From positions 1-64,000 of the forward strand of contig MNCI01002585.1 in assembly GCA_015680685.1 (NCBI GenBank): a DNA stretch of 64,000 nt, read 5' to 3'. Source of the stretch: Gnetum montanum. Its lineage: Eukaryota; Plantae; Gnetophyta. The number at the start of each line of letters is the position of its first letter. The first letter of the stretch is position 1. The notes under the pieces are model-generated. The model did no database searches and was not told the DNA's origin. It saw only the letters and a list, made by a program, of their open reading frames with translations. This document shows, one piece after another, positions 25,565-37,740 of this stretch. A program made the position numbers and the translations under genes.

Positions 25565-25697
25565 AAGTATAAATAAGATATTCAACTTTGTACGAGGGAA
25601 GGCCCAAAGTTGGTACCCAAGCAAACCCACAAGTATAAATAAGATATTCAACTTTGTATGAGGGAAGGCCCAAAGTTGATACCCAAGCAAACCCACA
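25565..25697. repeat. ~66-bp tandem duplication
   Basis: aagtataaa(a)taagatattcaactttgta.gagggaaggcccaaagttg.tacccaagcaaacccac occurs twice. Confidence 0.9.
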
Positions 25698-26146
25698 TCA
25701 AGTTGAAGTCAATTTTCCTTGAAAATCATTAAGAGAGGATTTGTTGAGCCTTGTGGTGATTATTGGAGTTCATTGTAGGACTATCAAGGTTGCTTCATTG
25801 TGAAGACAAGAAGGAAAAATTGCACATCAAGTGAAGTCTCCCATGTGATCCTTGAGATTTTTGTTTGTATTCTTGATTTCAATTTGATTTAATCATTAAT
25901 TTTCATTCTTGAACTTAAAATTAGTAGTTAGGATGAAAGCTTATGCTTTTACTTATGAGTGACAGTCATAAGTGTGGAATTTGATTGGATTCAATTTTAA
26001 TTATTTTATGTCTTGATGATCTTTTTGACATTGAACCGTTCCTTCATAGATATGACTTACAAGTTAGTCATAGATTAGGTGACAATTTAAGCAACAAAGA
26101 TAATTATTAAAGTAATCTAGCATCGAATTTTGCCTGGCTCATTACA

Positions 26147-29100
26147 TTGCTGGCATGAAAGGTGAATGAAGAAAATGATAGGCCTCAGAAAAGTATAATT
26201 ATGATTAAATACATAGAAAGAAGGTCAAAATCATTAAAGGTATAACTAAACCTCCTACTTCTATTCAGGCCTTAGTGTGAGATCAATTCAAAACTCATAA
26301 AGCCTTGACAAACATGGTCCACTAGGCGGACTATGCTTATAATGTGATGGATGAAAAAATGACCACTACCCTTAAGGATAAGGGTAGAATTATTAAAGTG
26401 GTAGTTAAATTAGTTGTACCACCTGGACATAGAAAGAAGTATGAAGGTAAGAGTAAAGGGAAGCTCTCTTCCTCCAAGGGTGTAAAAGAAGATTTAGATG
26501 ATTCTTCCTCATCCTCTAGTGATGAGAATCCTTGTGAGTATTATGCAAATCCATATAACTCACAATGCCACCTAGTTATGGTCCATATGATTAGTGAAAT
26601 GGGATGAGCTAGGATGCTTTTGAATCCCAAGTTCATTAGGAGGAAAATAAGGAAGATTACTTTCAATGGCCAAGTGTATTATCTAGAAGGTGTGTATCCA
26701 TAAGCCATGCAATAGTACCAATAGTGGAAAACTCAAAATCCTTGAGATGATGAGACATGAAATTCTTCAATGTAATAGCATATGATATTTTCTCGAACCT
26801 TCTATTTTTAGGGTATTTTAAAAGGTACTTACCCATTCTAATAGATAATCAATCAGTCCTATTTTACAAGCCCTCATTATCAACAAAAGCTACAACTACT
26901 TGATTCCATGTAAGGTGGAATTCCTAATCAACTATAACCGAGCAAAACTAAGGCTTTTGATATTACCTATTGTGCTAATCCAGGTTCTACTTATGCAGAT
27001 GGGAAAAATTATCAAGCTCCTATTGTTATGATTATAGAGAGAAATTTGAGACCCCCATATCAAGAAATTATTTTATAAGTGTAGATGTGAACATTGTGGG
27101 GCTTGGTCTACTTCATCCTCTTATGTGGAGAGGATAATTATTTAAGCAAAAATAAGATTTTACATTTGAGAGATTCCCATACCATTTTAAAAAAACTGTC
27201 AAAGTGAAATATCCACTTTAGTAAAGAGTTCTTCAATTGTATTTGGTTGGTCAAACATGATGACACCTAATGATAGTAGTGTCATAACTATTACTATGTC
27301 TAAGACAACCACATAGGTAGTCAAAGAAGGTCATCCTCCCAAAAAGAAGATAGATCTTAGTAGTCCCATGATGGAGATGAAAATTAGCAAGAAAGATCAT
27401 TACCTAAATCTTTAAGACTCTAGTTTATGGGTTGATATCATTTCATTGAAATAGTACCTTGATTAGAGACTTTCATCTCTCAAGAGTACTAATATTAGGC
27501 TAGAGCTGGTAGATCAATCCTATACATATCCTATGGATAGATAAATAATGTTATTACAACTTGGTGGAAACTTCATATCATGCAGAGTTCTTAGTAATCA
27601 AGCTAGAGAATAAGATGGAAGATAACTTCTCATTATCATGGAAAGAGTCCTTCTAAGCACCATTGATGCAAGGTTGGTATTCAAGGACCTTTACCTTGAA
27701 AATGATGGGAAAAATATAATTGGGAAAGATGCATTACAAGAAAATCTCATGTGATCCTTTCTAGTCATGTGGCAAGCATGGTTTTAATTATTATGTCACA
27801 GAACATCTTTGTGTCATTAGAGATGTAGATTACCTTAAAGAGTGTTTGGTCCATAAATCTATAAATTTAGTCTTTAAGAGATCAATTTATTTTCTTTTCT
27901 CATTTGATGCAAAATCACTTGATTTTGATGTAGAGAATATAGTGAAGGCTTATCTACTAGTAAAATATGATCCTAAATTTTGGGACATTCTTAATTTATC
28001 CCAAGATGTTTTCATACTATCACTAGAACTCAAGCCATTTTTAGAAGACTTAGAGTACTTGTTCATTATTGTTGGTTAGTTGTTATTATTAATTCCTTCC
28101 TAACGACCATCCAAAAGGTTGAACTAAAAAAGGTATTTATAAAAAAGATAGTTCTAGGATTACATCAGCAAGAGTAAAAAAGTTTTCTTGGATGACTTTT
28201 TTACATATGATAAAACTTTTCAAGAAGTCTCAGATTGGATCAAAGCTATTCTATACTACTGCTGTTACTAGGTGAACCTAAAGATAAACTAAAAAAAGAT
28301 CCCCTTGATGATGATCAAGGACATTGTTTTTGGCCACAATGGTTTAAAAAATGGTATTGAAGTTGATCCTAACAAGATCCACATCATTGAGAATATGACA
28401 CAAATTTTTACTACATTTAATACGGTGTGATCTTTTCTTAATCACATTGGCTATATTATTGATTTGTTAAAGATCATTCTAGAATAGCTAAGACTCTATT
28501 CAAGGCCACAGAGAAAGACATTATACTCTTGTAGAACAATGAATGTAAAACTACCTTCTAATATCTAAAGTAAAGGTTAACCTAAACCATCGTGTTTTAA
28601 AGTCCCAATTGGACTCAAGCTTTTTACATAATGATAGATGATTTTGATTTGGCATTGGATGCTACCCTAATGTAGTTTGATTAGAAGAAAATGTCTTACT
28701 ACATCCACTATACTAGTTAAAGCATTGTGGGACCTCAACTAAATTATACTGTCATAGAGAAGGAGTTTATGACTATCATTTTCATACTCTTGAAATTTAG
28801 ACATTATGTTTTGTGATGTAAAATCTTCATTCATACTAATCATAGCACCATCTAGTTTCTCATGAAAAAGCTAAATCTTAGTCTCTAAATGATTTGATGG
28901 TTGGTTTTTTTTGCAAGAATTTGATCTTCATATGATTGATTGCAAGGGAGACAAGATTGTGTAGCAAATAATCTATCATGGTTATGAATTGAAAATAAGA
29001 AGAAGGTATACTTCTTAATGACTTTCTAGATAATCACATTTATAAGGTCATTTTCAACTTAAAAAGTAGACATGAATGCCCCTGGTTCATGAACATTCTT

Positions 29101-32100
29101 AATTACCTGGTGATCCAAAATGTTCCTCTTGGATGAAATAAATACAAGATCCAACAATTCTAGCACCTAGTAAATCCTTACCTAGTTATCAAAGAGAATC
29201 TATACAAGCAATGCCCTAATGGACATATAATGTGATGTGTTCTTGTAAAAAAAACTAGGGTAGCATCTTGGCTCACACACACCATGGTGCTTATGGTAAG
29301 AACTATGTTGGGAAGAGGACAATGATGGAGTTTCTTTTTATGAGCTATGTTTGACCCATCATGTTTCATGATGCTTAGCGCTTCATGCATTACTATAACA
29401 AATGCTAATGTGAGGGAGGTATATTCTCATGCATGAAGGGATCATAGTACTAGATTCAACCACTAGAGACCTTTAACATGTAGGGGATTGACTTTGTTTG
29501 TTCCATCTCTTTGAACTTCAATGACAAGACATATGTCTTTGTATGCATAGATTATTGCATGAAGTGGGTGGAAGCTACTACTGTTAAGGATGCCTCATCT
29601 ACCATTGTAGAAAAATTCCTTTGAAATAATAGACTCTATAGGTTCATTATTCCTTGAATCTTGATCTTTGATAATTATACGCATTTTACTAGTAAGGGGT
29701 TTAAGAATTTATTAAAATATTATGGAGTTAATCATAAGTTAACTTCCCATTATAATGTGGAGGTCAATGGCCAAGTGAAAGTTACTAACAATGAAAATGT
29801 TAGAATACTCAAAAAGAGAGTTAGTAGATATAGAAGGGATTGGGCCAAAAAGTTTAATGACACTCTTTGGACCTATCAAATAGCATGGAAAAATCCTATT
29901 GACTACATATCATTTGAGTTGGTTTATGGATAGGTTCCACTCCTTCCTATTGATTTTGAAATGAGAACCCTAGGCAATGTTATGGATTTTGATATGACCT
30001 TATATTTTGCTTAGAAAGAGAGGTTGATTAACCTCTACCTCCTTGATGAGAATCATAGAATCACTTTGATGTATAATAAGTTAGAATATTTCTATATCCT
30101 GGTTTGACATAATATTCATGCAAGATATTTTGACTTCAAAACTAGCAATAAGGTCCTCTATTTTAATCTATTACACTTGATCTAGTTGGATAGGTTTTAA
30201 TTTTAATGTAGAGGACCATATATCCTCCATACTAGTTACTAGTCTAGTGCAACATATATCTATCTTCTGGATAATCTAGATAAAAATTTCATGATCAATG
30301 GACAACATCTAAAGTTTTGCTAAAAATATCTTTCCTCTTTGAAAGTACATAATAATCAATCTTGTATTTTATACTTAGATATCTATCAAGTGATAGACAT
30401 AGATTATTTGTAAAGGAGAATCCTCCATGCCATATCAAATGTTCTTCCCTTTGCATCATTTTGTTTTTGTGCTTTAATAATATTGTTGTATATATTTAGT
30501 ATATTTTATATATTTGAGTTTAATGATTAATCATTCATAATTTTTTTTTCTTCTTCTTATGTATGTTTTCATGTGTTGGAAAATAAATTAATGTGCTTTA
30601 TGAATGCTCACCCAATAAGCCAATGATGGATGGGTGAGTTATAAATGTGATGATGATGTGAGAGTGCCAAAAGGGTTCAAAGTGTATACTTGATTAATGA
30701 AGTCCTCACACAATATAATTCATCTATCTACTTTTCTTCTATCTATTACCAATGAACCAAGCTTAGATTTAGTGAGTAGCTAGGATGCACAATGTAAGCT
30801 ATTGAAGCTAATGCTATTGGAAAAATGGGTAGGTAGTGGATTGCACATTAGGATGGGAGCTCAAAAATTCTAGAAGAATGCTTGGCCACTTGTAAAAAAG
30901 GGTGTATTATTTAGGGTCCTTATGACCATGGAATGCATTTGATTGATGTGATTAAACCAAGATGGACATGTTTCCTTGCCTAGTCATCCTAGTTAGAAGA
31001 GGTTCATGATCTCTTGAAATATTCATTCCATGTGTTGAGGGATGAATTCTCATGTTCATGCATTTTGAAAACTTTAGGTGGTGATTTGACACTCAAATCA
31101 TTTCCATGATTTTCATGCATAATGAAAAATTCTCTTCTCATAAATTAATGAAAAATAAAAAAAATGAATGAATGAAATGAAAAAAAAATGAAAAGATTAA
31201 AAATAAAGGAAAAGAAAAATAATAGAATAATAATGATGAAAAGAAGAGGTAAGGAAAAGAGAAATGTAATATTAGGATTACAAGTCTACATAAATTGGTA
31301 CTTTCAACATTCTAGACTGATCTTATCATTGCTCAACTAAAACCAAACACAAGTGGTTAAACCAATACCCATGTAAGCATTTTTCATGTTTAACCCATTG
31401 CCTAGTTTACTTGAATTCCAAATGTAATAGTCCAAGACAACCCTTAACTTTACCCCTACTCATGAAAATGAAGGCCTAGAAGTCTCTTTCTTAGTCAACT
31501 TTGGTAATGTCAATTGCTACTTCCACCCAATTCCTAAATTCATCTACTTATAGGGACCAAAAGCTATAATCACTGATCCAAAGCATGGTCATATCCATCA
31601 CCTCTTAGTAATGGAATTGTAATATTTATTAAAATTAGGATTATAGCATAGCTAGATGGATTGACAAGAGGGTTCTAGTAAAGAAAAATTTAGCAGGCTT
31701 ACTATGCATACACGAATAGGTGTAGGAAAATCAAATAGAAATCTTAACTTATGGTTGTTTTGTAGTACATTTTCATTATTTAATTTCACTAATGATTAGA
31801 CTATAGAATAATTAAGACTAGACCACATGGGTAGTGGTAGGTGTGGTTGTGCACTTAGAAAGGGTACTTGTAGATCTATCCCCATCATGTGGATGAGTAG
31901 TAGTGAATAGATGTGGTAATGGACCTCTCATGGAATGTAGGACATGATCACATGCTTCATGAGCTAATTGAATGGTTGGCTCTTGGGATCTGATAATGTT
32001 ACACTTCCATCTTCTCTCTCTTATTCATATACATTCTTCATTCATTCCATTTCATTATTGTCCATTTTTTTGTGTAGCAGGAAATTAATAAAGTGAAGTA

Positions 32101-32497
32101 GAGAATAAGCTTACACCATCCAAGAGAATGGACTCATGTTGGATGTTAATGTCTTACTAGTTATTGGGAATCCATGAGTGTTCCACTAATATGTTTCAAA
32201 AGAATAAGAAAGTTAGGTAACTACTATGAGGAGGATCTAGTTATGAAACCTTAATGACTTGGCATCATAAGCAAGTGATCTAAAGCTTAACTTTCATGAT
32301 GGTAATGGTTGCATGATATAAGACACTCAATTAGTCTTGCACATGTATGGTTGCAACTTGATGAGCTTAATGGTTTGACTAGGACTATCTTCTTTCATCT
32401 TTTTTTTTCTTGTATATTTGATTAAGAGATTAGATGTCTCATTAAGTTATACTTTATGATTTTACATATTTTGGTTTAATTAGTTAATGGTATCACA
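26147..32497 (+). mobile_element. Family A Athila-like internal region (gag 3' part, PR, RT, RH, INT, long 3' UTR), very degenerate; interrupted by the Tat element
   Basis: Remnants include GIEVDPNKI (~28355), YTVIEKEF (~28750), GIDFV and DYCMKWVEA (~29485-29575), and VNGQVKVTN...DWAKK (ORF 29661-29933). The 3' UTR at 30500-31200 resembles 53700-54420. Confidence 0.8.
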
Positions 32498-34096
32498 TGA
32501 AACACCGTGGAAATTGCGAATCGGCCTAAGGCGAAGATTCACGATTCGAGCGAAAAGTTCACGATAGAAATCCAGAAAATAGAACAAGGCAAAGAGGCGC
32601 GTAGCATCAAGTCTCCAAGTCTCTTACAAATTTCCACCTTACTTTGTTTTCTCTCTTTACGCTATATTACGCAACATAGTGTAGTGTCACTTAGCGTAAC
32701 TCTGTTTAACATAGCCTGATATCAGAAAGTAACTTATTTCAGCAATTTTGACGAAGTTTAAAGTTTAAAGACTTGTTGCATATTCTGCTAAGTCTTTTGT
32801 TCAGGGCTGAGTTTACGCTCCGTTAAGCAGAGTAGCGTAACGAGCTTCAAGGAAAGCAAAGTCAGAGTCCAAGGAAGCACAACAGATTGATTTCTTCTTT
32901 TTTGCAGATTGGTCGCTTTACGCTCATTACGCTATGCAGCGTAGGCAAGTGTAATTTATTGTAAAGCTGACCATTTTTACGCTCTATTACGCTTTGCGGC
33001 GTAAAGGACAGCTTGAATCAACTACTTCCATGCTCTATTACACTTTGCCACATGACGCAATGTAAACAAGTGTAATGCAGCCTAAAGCCGGCTAAAGCAG
33101 TACTAGATACGCACCTGCTATCCACACGCACAATACGCTGATAAGCGTATTGTGTGTAATCATGAAGCGGCTTCAGCGAAAGTGGTTGACAGCGTACTTT
33201 GCCCCCCTTTTCCAAAAGACGTGATGCGACATGACCAGTTTCAACATAAAGTTTGCCAAGTCAATGGTATTTTGAAGGTTGAGACACATGTCATCAGGAC
33301 CGTGCCTTCTCCATGTACTACCGAACCTATAAATACTTCAGTTGGCGAAGATCTAAGGGGATCATCATCTTGGGCTTTTTTGGCAGCTATCACCTTTTGA
33401 GTAGAAACAGAAGACATTTGTTTGAGCATTGGCCGTAGGAGCGATCAGTCCTTTGGTGAAAATACAGTTCTCTCCATTGGCGATCATTGGCAGTTTTGAG
33501 TAGAGACTACCGAAGGCAAAAAGGGAGCAGATCAGAGATCGAAAGATCGTTTGGTGCGGTTGTCAAGATCTATTGATCAGAAATAGTTGATCGATAGACA
33601 TCCAAGCTTGACCTTCCTTGCATCCCATCTTTGGCTTACGAGGTAGACCGAGCTTCATTCTGTGCTCCTGTTGAACAGTTTTCTTGTTATTTTGTATATG
33701 CTTCGCACAAGATAATTGGAGTTTGCCATTGGAACTTTATATACAATATTCTCAGCTTTCAAGTCAAAACATAGATCTTGGAATTGCGCATCCTTCTTAA
33801 ATCCGATCTTCCTTATCACGTTGACATTGTCGTTATTTCAATTTATTTACATCGTTTTCTACTCCTTTTACGATTCATCGAATCAAATTGTTGCACAGAA
33901 TATCTATATAATACATATATTATCGCAATATTCATCAATTTACTGATTGAGTAAGTCTCTGTCTGATCGAAAAGACCGTTCAGGGCATCGCAGATTCGTT
34001 TTCTCCAGCACGGCCCTCGCACGGATCTGTGGTTAAGACTGTGTACATGGATTTTCGTTTGGTAGTTTCCAGCGACCGAATTTTTCCGTCGTTACA
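32498..34096 (+). mobile_element. Tat element 5' LTR (1599 bp)
   Basis: TGAAAC...GTTACA; colinear with 46403-47530; TATAAATA near 33328. Confidence 0.92.
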
Positions 34097-34102
34097 GTTT
34101 TC

Positions 34103-34120
34103 TGGCACTAGAAGGAGGGC
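34103..34120 (+). promoter_or_regulatory. Primer-binding site, tRNA-Asn type
   Basis: TGGCACTAGAAGGAGGGC is one mismatch from the complement of the plant tRNA-Asn 3' end (GCCCTCCTTCTAGCGCCA, from memory). Confidence 0.8.
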
Positions 34121-34348
34121 CTGAACCTATGATCCGTATTTTATGGGTAGCCTTGTAGGCGATCCATACCCACGTCTATAAAAACGTAAACATAATACCT
34201 CTAGGGAAGTTTACGAAAAATCATGTGGTGTAGATTGGTCACAGCGACGATTCCTTTGGAATCCTACAGGGTAAAAAGCCCATTTATAATTCTATTTGGC
34301 CGTCGCCTTTTAGATCCAATTGTTTCTTGTCACTAACTTATCTAAGAA

Positions 34349-37300
34349 ATGGATTCTGCAATGCAACCACTGCCACTATGATCGTCACCGATTCGGGTGC
34401 CACATCTATAAACCCCATCACCACCACCGGATCAGCTTCTGGTGCAATAGGGCCTCAGGGACCATCACGCCGTTCATTGATATTATAGGGCAAGGATCCT
34501 GTATTCACCGTCGTGACTCTGGAAGAGTACAATTTCATTTGCGTCAAGATCCAGGAAAAGCTCGCTCTTAGCTGAGCTGAGATTGAGGCAAAACAAAATT
34601 TTGAGCTAATCCACAGAGGGGGCCAAGATTTCATCCCTACTGCCTATGAAATTATCCCCCTGACCGACCATTATTATGAACTCCTGACCCAGCTGGTTAT
34701 GGCTAGGAGTCAGACTACACGGTCCCTTCTAGAACCTTAAAATGGGGAAGAGGAGGAAGATGAATTCGTAGCCCAATTTGAACACGCAGATTCATACCAT
34801 ACCCTCAGCCCCCATACATACATAAATCCCCTATTTCCTCTCACCGGAGAAGCCTCCCATCTCAACTCAGTCATGACTACACAAACCCATATTCCTGTCA
34901 TCCCGCAGGCCACTATGCAATCCTTAGTCCTGCAAGTACAAATACCATCTCAAAATAACATGGGGGCAGTCTCATCGCCACGTGTAATCAGTATTTCGTC
35001 GGTGGTACTTGCGTCTACCGCACCTCACTTCATTCCCCACATGCAACCTCATAGCACACCTATAACCCATTGCAAGGCAACAGATCACAAACGCCGTTCA
35101 ATCGTAGCAATCCATTCAACAACCCACGGTTGATCAGTGGATCCCGTCTATTTCACATAATTAATCTACGTTATACGGTGTGCAACCCTTGGCCACACCT
35201 ACCACGCATGTCCCACAAATGAACCCACAATATCCTTACAATCTCCATCCTGCACATTAAGCGGTGGCCAATTTCTCTGCTCAGCCTGGTGGGTGGTGGC
35301 TCTCGTAGGCAGCTCCGTTTGCGGGCATAGTCCCTATTGCACCACCTGTCAGCCAAGCCATCGCTTCATTCCCATTGCCTGGCACTGCCCTTTCAGTCCA
35401 ACCCCCTACTCCTCTTACGCAAACTTCTTTATCACCAAGTTTGGATCAAGCCTTTTTGCTTATTCAGATCCTCACTGAGGAAGTTAAGCGCCTTAAAGCT
35501 GCTGGCTCTGATACGATACAAATCATGGATTTCTACCAGGATGATCCTATCAGCCCAGTGGTTCCTATGCTGTCGTTGCCTCCAGGGATGTCGTTACCCC
35601 ATTTTACTAAATATAATGGGGAAGGAGATCCTAACGCTTACCTTGTTACCTTCAGGTCCGAATCCTTGTTATTGCAGCAATGGCCTCATACAATTATCCA
35701 TGTCTTTGCAATGTCTCTGACAGGGAAAGCTTTGGACTGGTATTGAGCACTTCCTCGCTCTTCCATCTCAACCCTAGAAGAACTCCTAACACAATTCGTG
35801 ACTCGCATTAAGTACAATTTAATGCCAGAAGTCACACTAGATCAACTTATGGGAGTGAAGTAAGATCCACTTGAACCGGTCCAGAGGTTTATACAACAAT
35901 GGAGCACTACTTTGAATGAAATCCGTGAGCCTATCGCGGAAGCCCATCTGCTGGCTATTTTCAAAGGAGTAGTTAATGACTTCATCAAGTCTAAAATGTA
36001 TTACCTTGCACCTAGCTCCTTGAGTCAGGCTTTTGCCCAAACTAAGAGCATCCAGGATGCTGCTGAGGCTAGCAAAGACCTAGCGTACGTGGCCTATAAA
36101 AATGCCAATAATAAAGGTAAAGACAAGGGTAAAGCAATGACGACGACAGTAGCTGCGCTGGCTGAGGGCGCTAAAAACAAGAATAATAAGGCACCCATAG
36201 CGTCTGCTGAGACCACGGCTAGTGCAAGTAGCACCAGCTAGGACACACCTGCCTCTGAAAAGCCCCCCAGCCAAGGCCAAACTTCGAGCGTAAAGATCGC
36301 TCAAAATATACGGTCATACCAATAAAAAATTCAGAACTGTTGAAACAATTATTAGGGGTAGGATACATTCAGAATAAAAAGGTATCCTAAGAAGCTCTCC
36401 AGCGTCACAGGCGTCATTATGAATTGCTGAAGAATCCTTCTTTAACCCTACCCAACGAACCACCAATTCCGAAATCTTTTAGGTTGGACCGCTTTTGTGA
36501 CTACCATTAGTTGTGTGGTCATGATACCAATTATTGCTGGGCGTTGAAGGACGACATTCAACGCATGATTGACGATGGTTCTCTGAAACTAGACGGTAGT
36601 AGTCTAACACGTCCTGAAAACCAAGCGTTGCATGTGTACAAAGACCCGTTAAACACAAATAACGCATCGTACACAATCAACGTGGTAAGTACGGATAGTG
36701 AAAGAAATTGTACCGCCTAAAAAACCCTTTGTTTTATGCATGCCTACCACTTCACCCCAGGGGGCAAGTTCTTCACCGGCAGCTAGCAGTGTCTCGAGGC
36801 CACCCTTTGTTATTCGGGTGCCCTCTCTAGCCATAACCCGGTCTCACGTTCACGATAAAGTTGCAGCCATGCCCGCGTCCACTCCTAAGGTGCCTTTTAT
36901 CCTTAGGGTACCAAGACCACCGGCTGCCCCTTTTACGCAGGGGCAAGCTTCTAACCAAAACCACCAACCAAATGAAAAAAAGGAAGGAGATGCGTCAATC
37001 AATGCCAGCAAAAACAACTCTATGCTAAGCTTCACTAAGCCTAGGCCCCTGGCCTACCTGCAACTTATGGGCAAGACAAGGGTACAGAAACATAGCCACC
37101 TCCCCTCGGTAGAAAGAAACACAATCCTTCGACTGATGCTGTTCCACCTCGAGAGATTTGTCTCTTAGGGCGAATGGAAGAAGATAGAGGAGATAAGCAA
37201 CCCAGCTGAGAACGGGATCTCCTCGACGCATTTACGCAAGTCAAGCAGGCTCTGAAACAGAAGAATACAATGCTGAGCCTCTATGACCTGCTTATGACAT

Positions 37301-37681
37301 CCCAAAAGCACCGTGAGGCTATGGTTCGTATGCTGACATCCATACCAGTGGATGAAGGCTTACTAGCAGAAGAGGAAGTGATACATGCTTTCATGTTGCC
37401 TCCCGCCATTGAGCAACCTAAACCAACCCCTTTGCCCTTTCACGATAAATCCATCAAAGATGATCCCGAGAAAGGTCAAGTGACGATAGAACCCATGTTC
37501 ATCACCATTCGGGTTGGTCAATATCAGATCCGGAGGGTGCACGTTGATGATGGAATGTCATCCCTTATCCTATAGTGGATAAGTTGGGCCTGGTCGACCA
37601 GATCAGTCCTAGAACGACATCGTGCCTAATGTCATTCAACGGGGCACGAGTTCAAGTCAAGGGAACGGTGCATATCGAATT
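34349..37681 (+). pseudogene. Tat gag and N-terminal half of protease
   Basis: LPHFTKYNGEGDP...FAMSLTGKALDWY, CDYH*LCGHDTNYCWALKDDIQRMIDDG, LSLYDLLMTSQKHREAM and IRRVHVDDG...FNGARVQVKGTV. The LLGRPW half of the protease is missing. Confidence 0.88.
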
Positions 37682-37740
37682 TGTTAAAAACCATGATAAA
37701 ACAAATTAGAAAATTTAAATTCAATAAAATTCAAACTTAC

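Larger units (their letters stand above)
23684..26146 (+). mobile_element. Putative 3' LTR (~2.5 kb) containing a laccase retrocopy
   Basis: Preceded by an Athila-like 3' end/PPT (gctaggcattagctaaaggctagtcgagggcta). It starts TGTTA and ends ...cgaattttgcctggctcATTACA, after which unrelated family A gag resumes. No partner LTR lies in the window. Confidence 0.55.

Noticed and set aside
32507-33429. Short ORFs in the Tat LTR
   Set aside because: No recognisable motifs, and they are only partly preserved in the second LTR, as expected for recently duplicated non-coding DNA.
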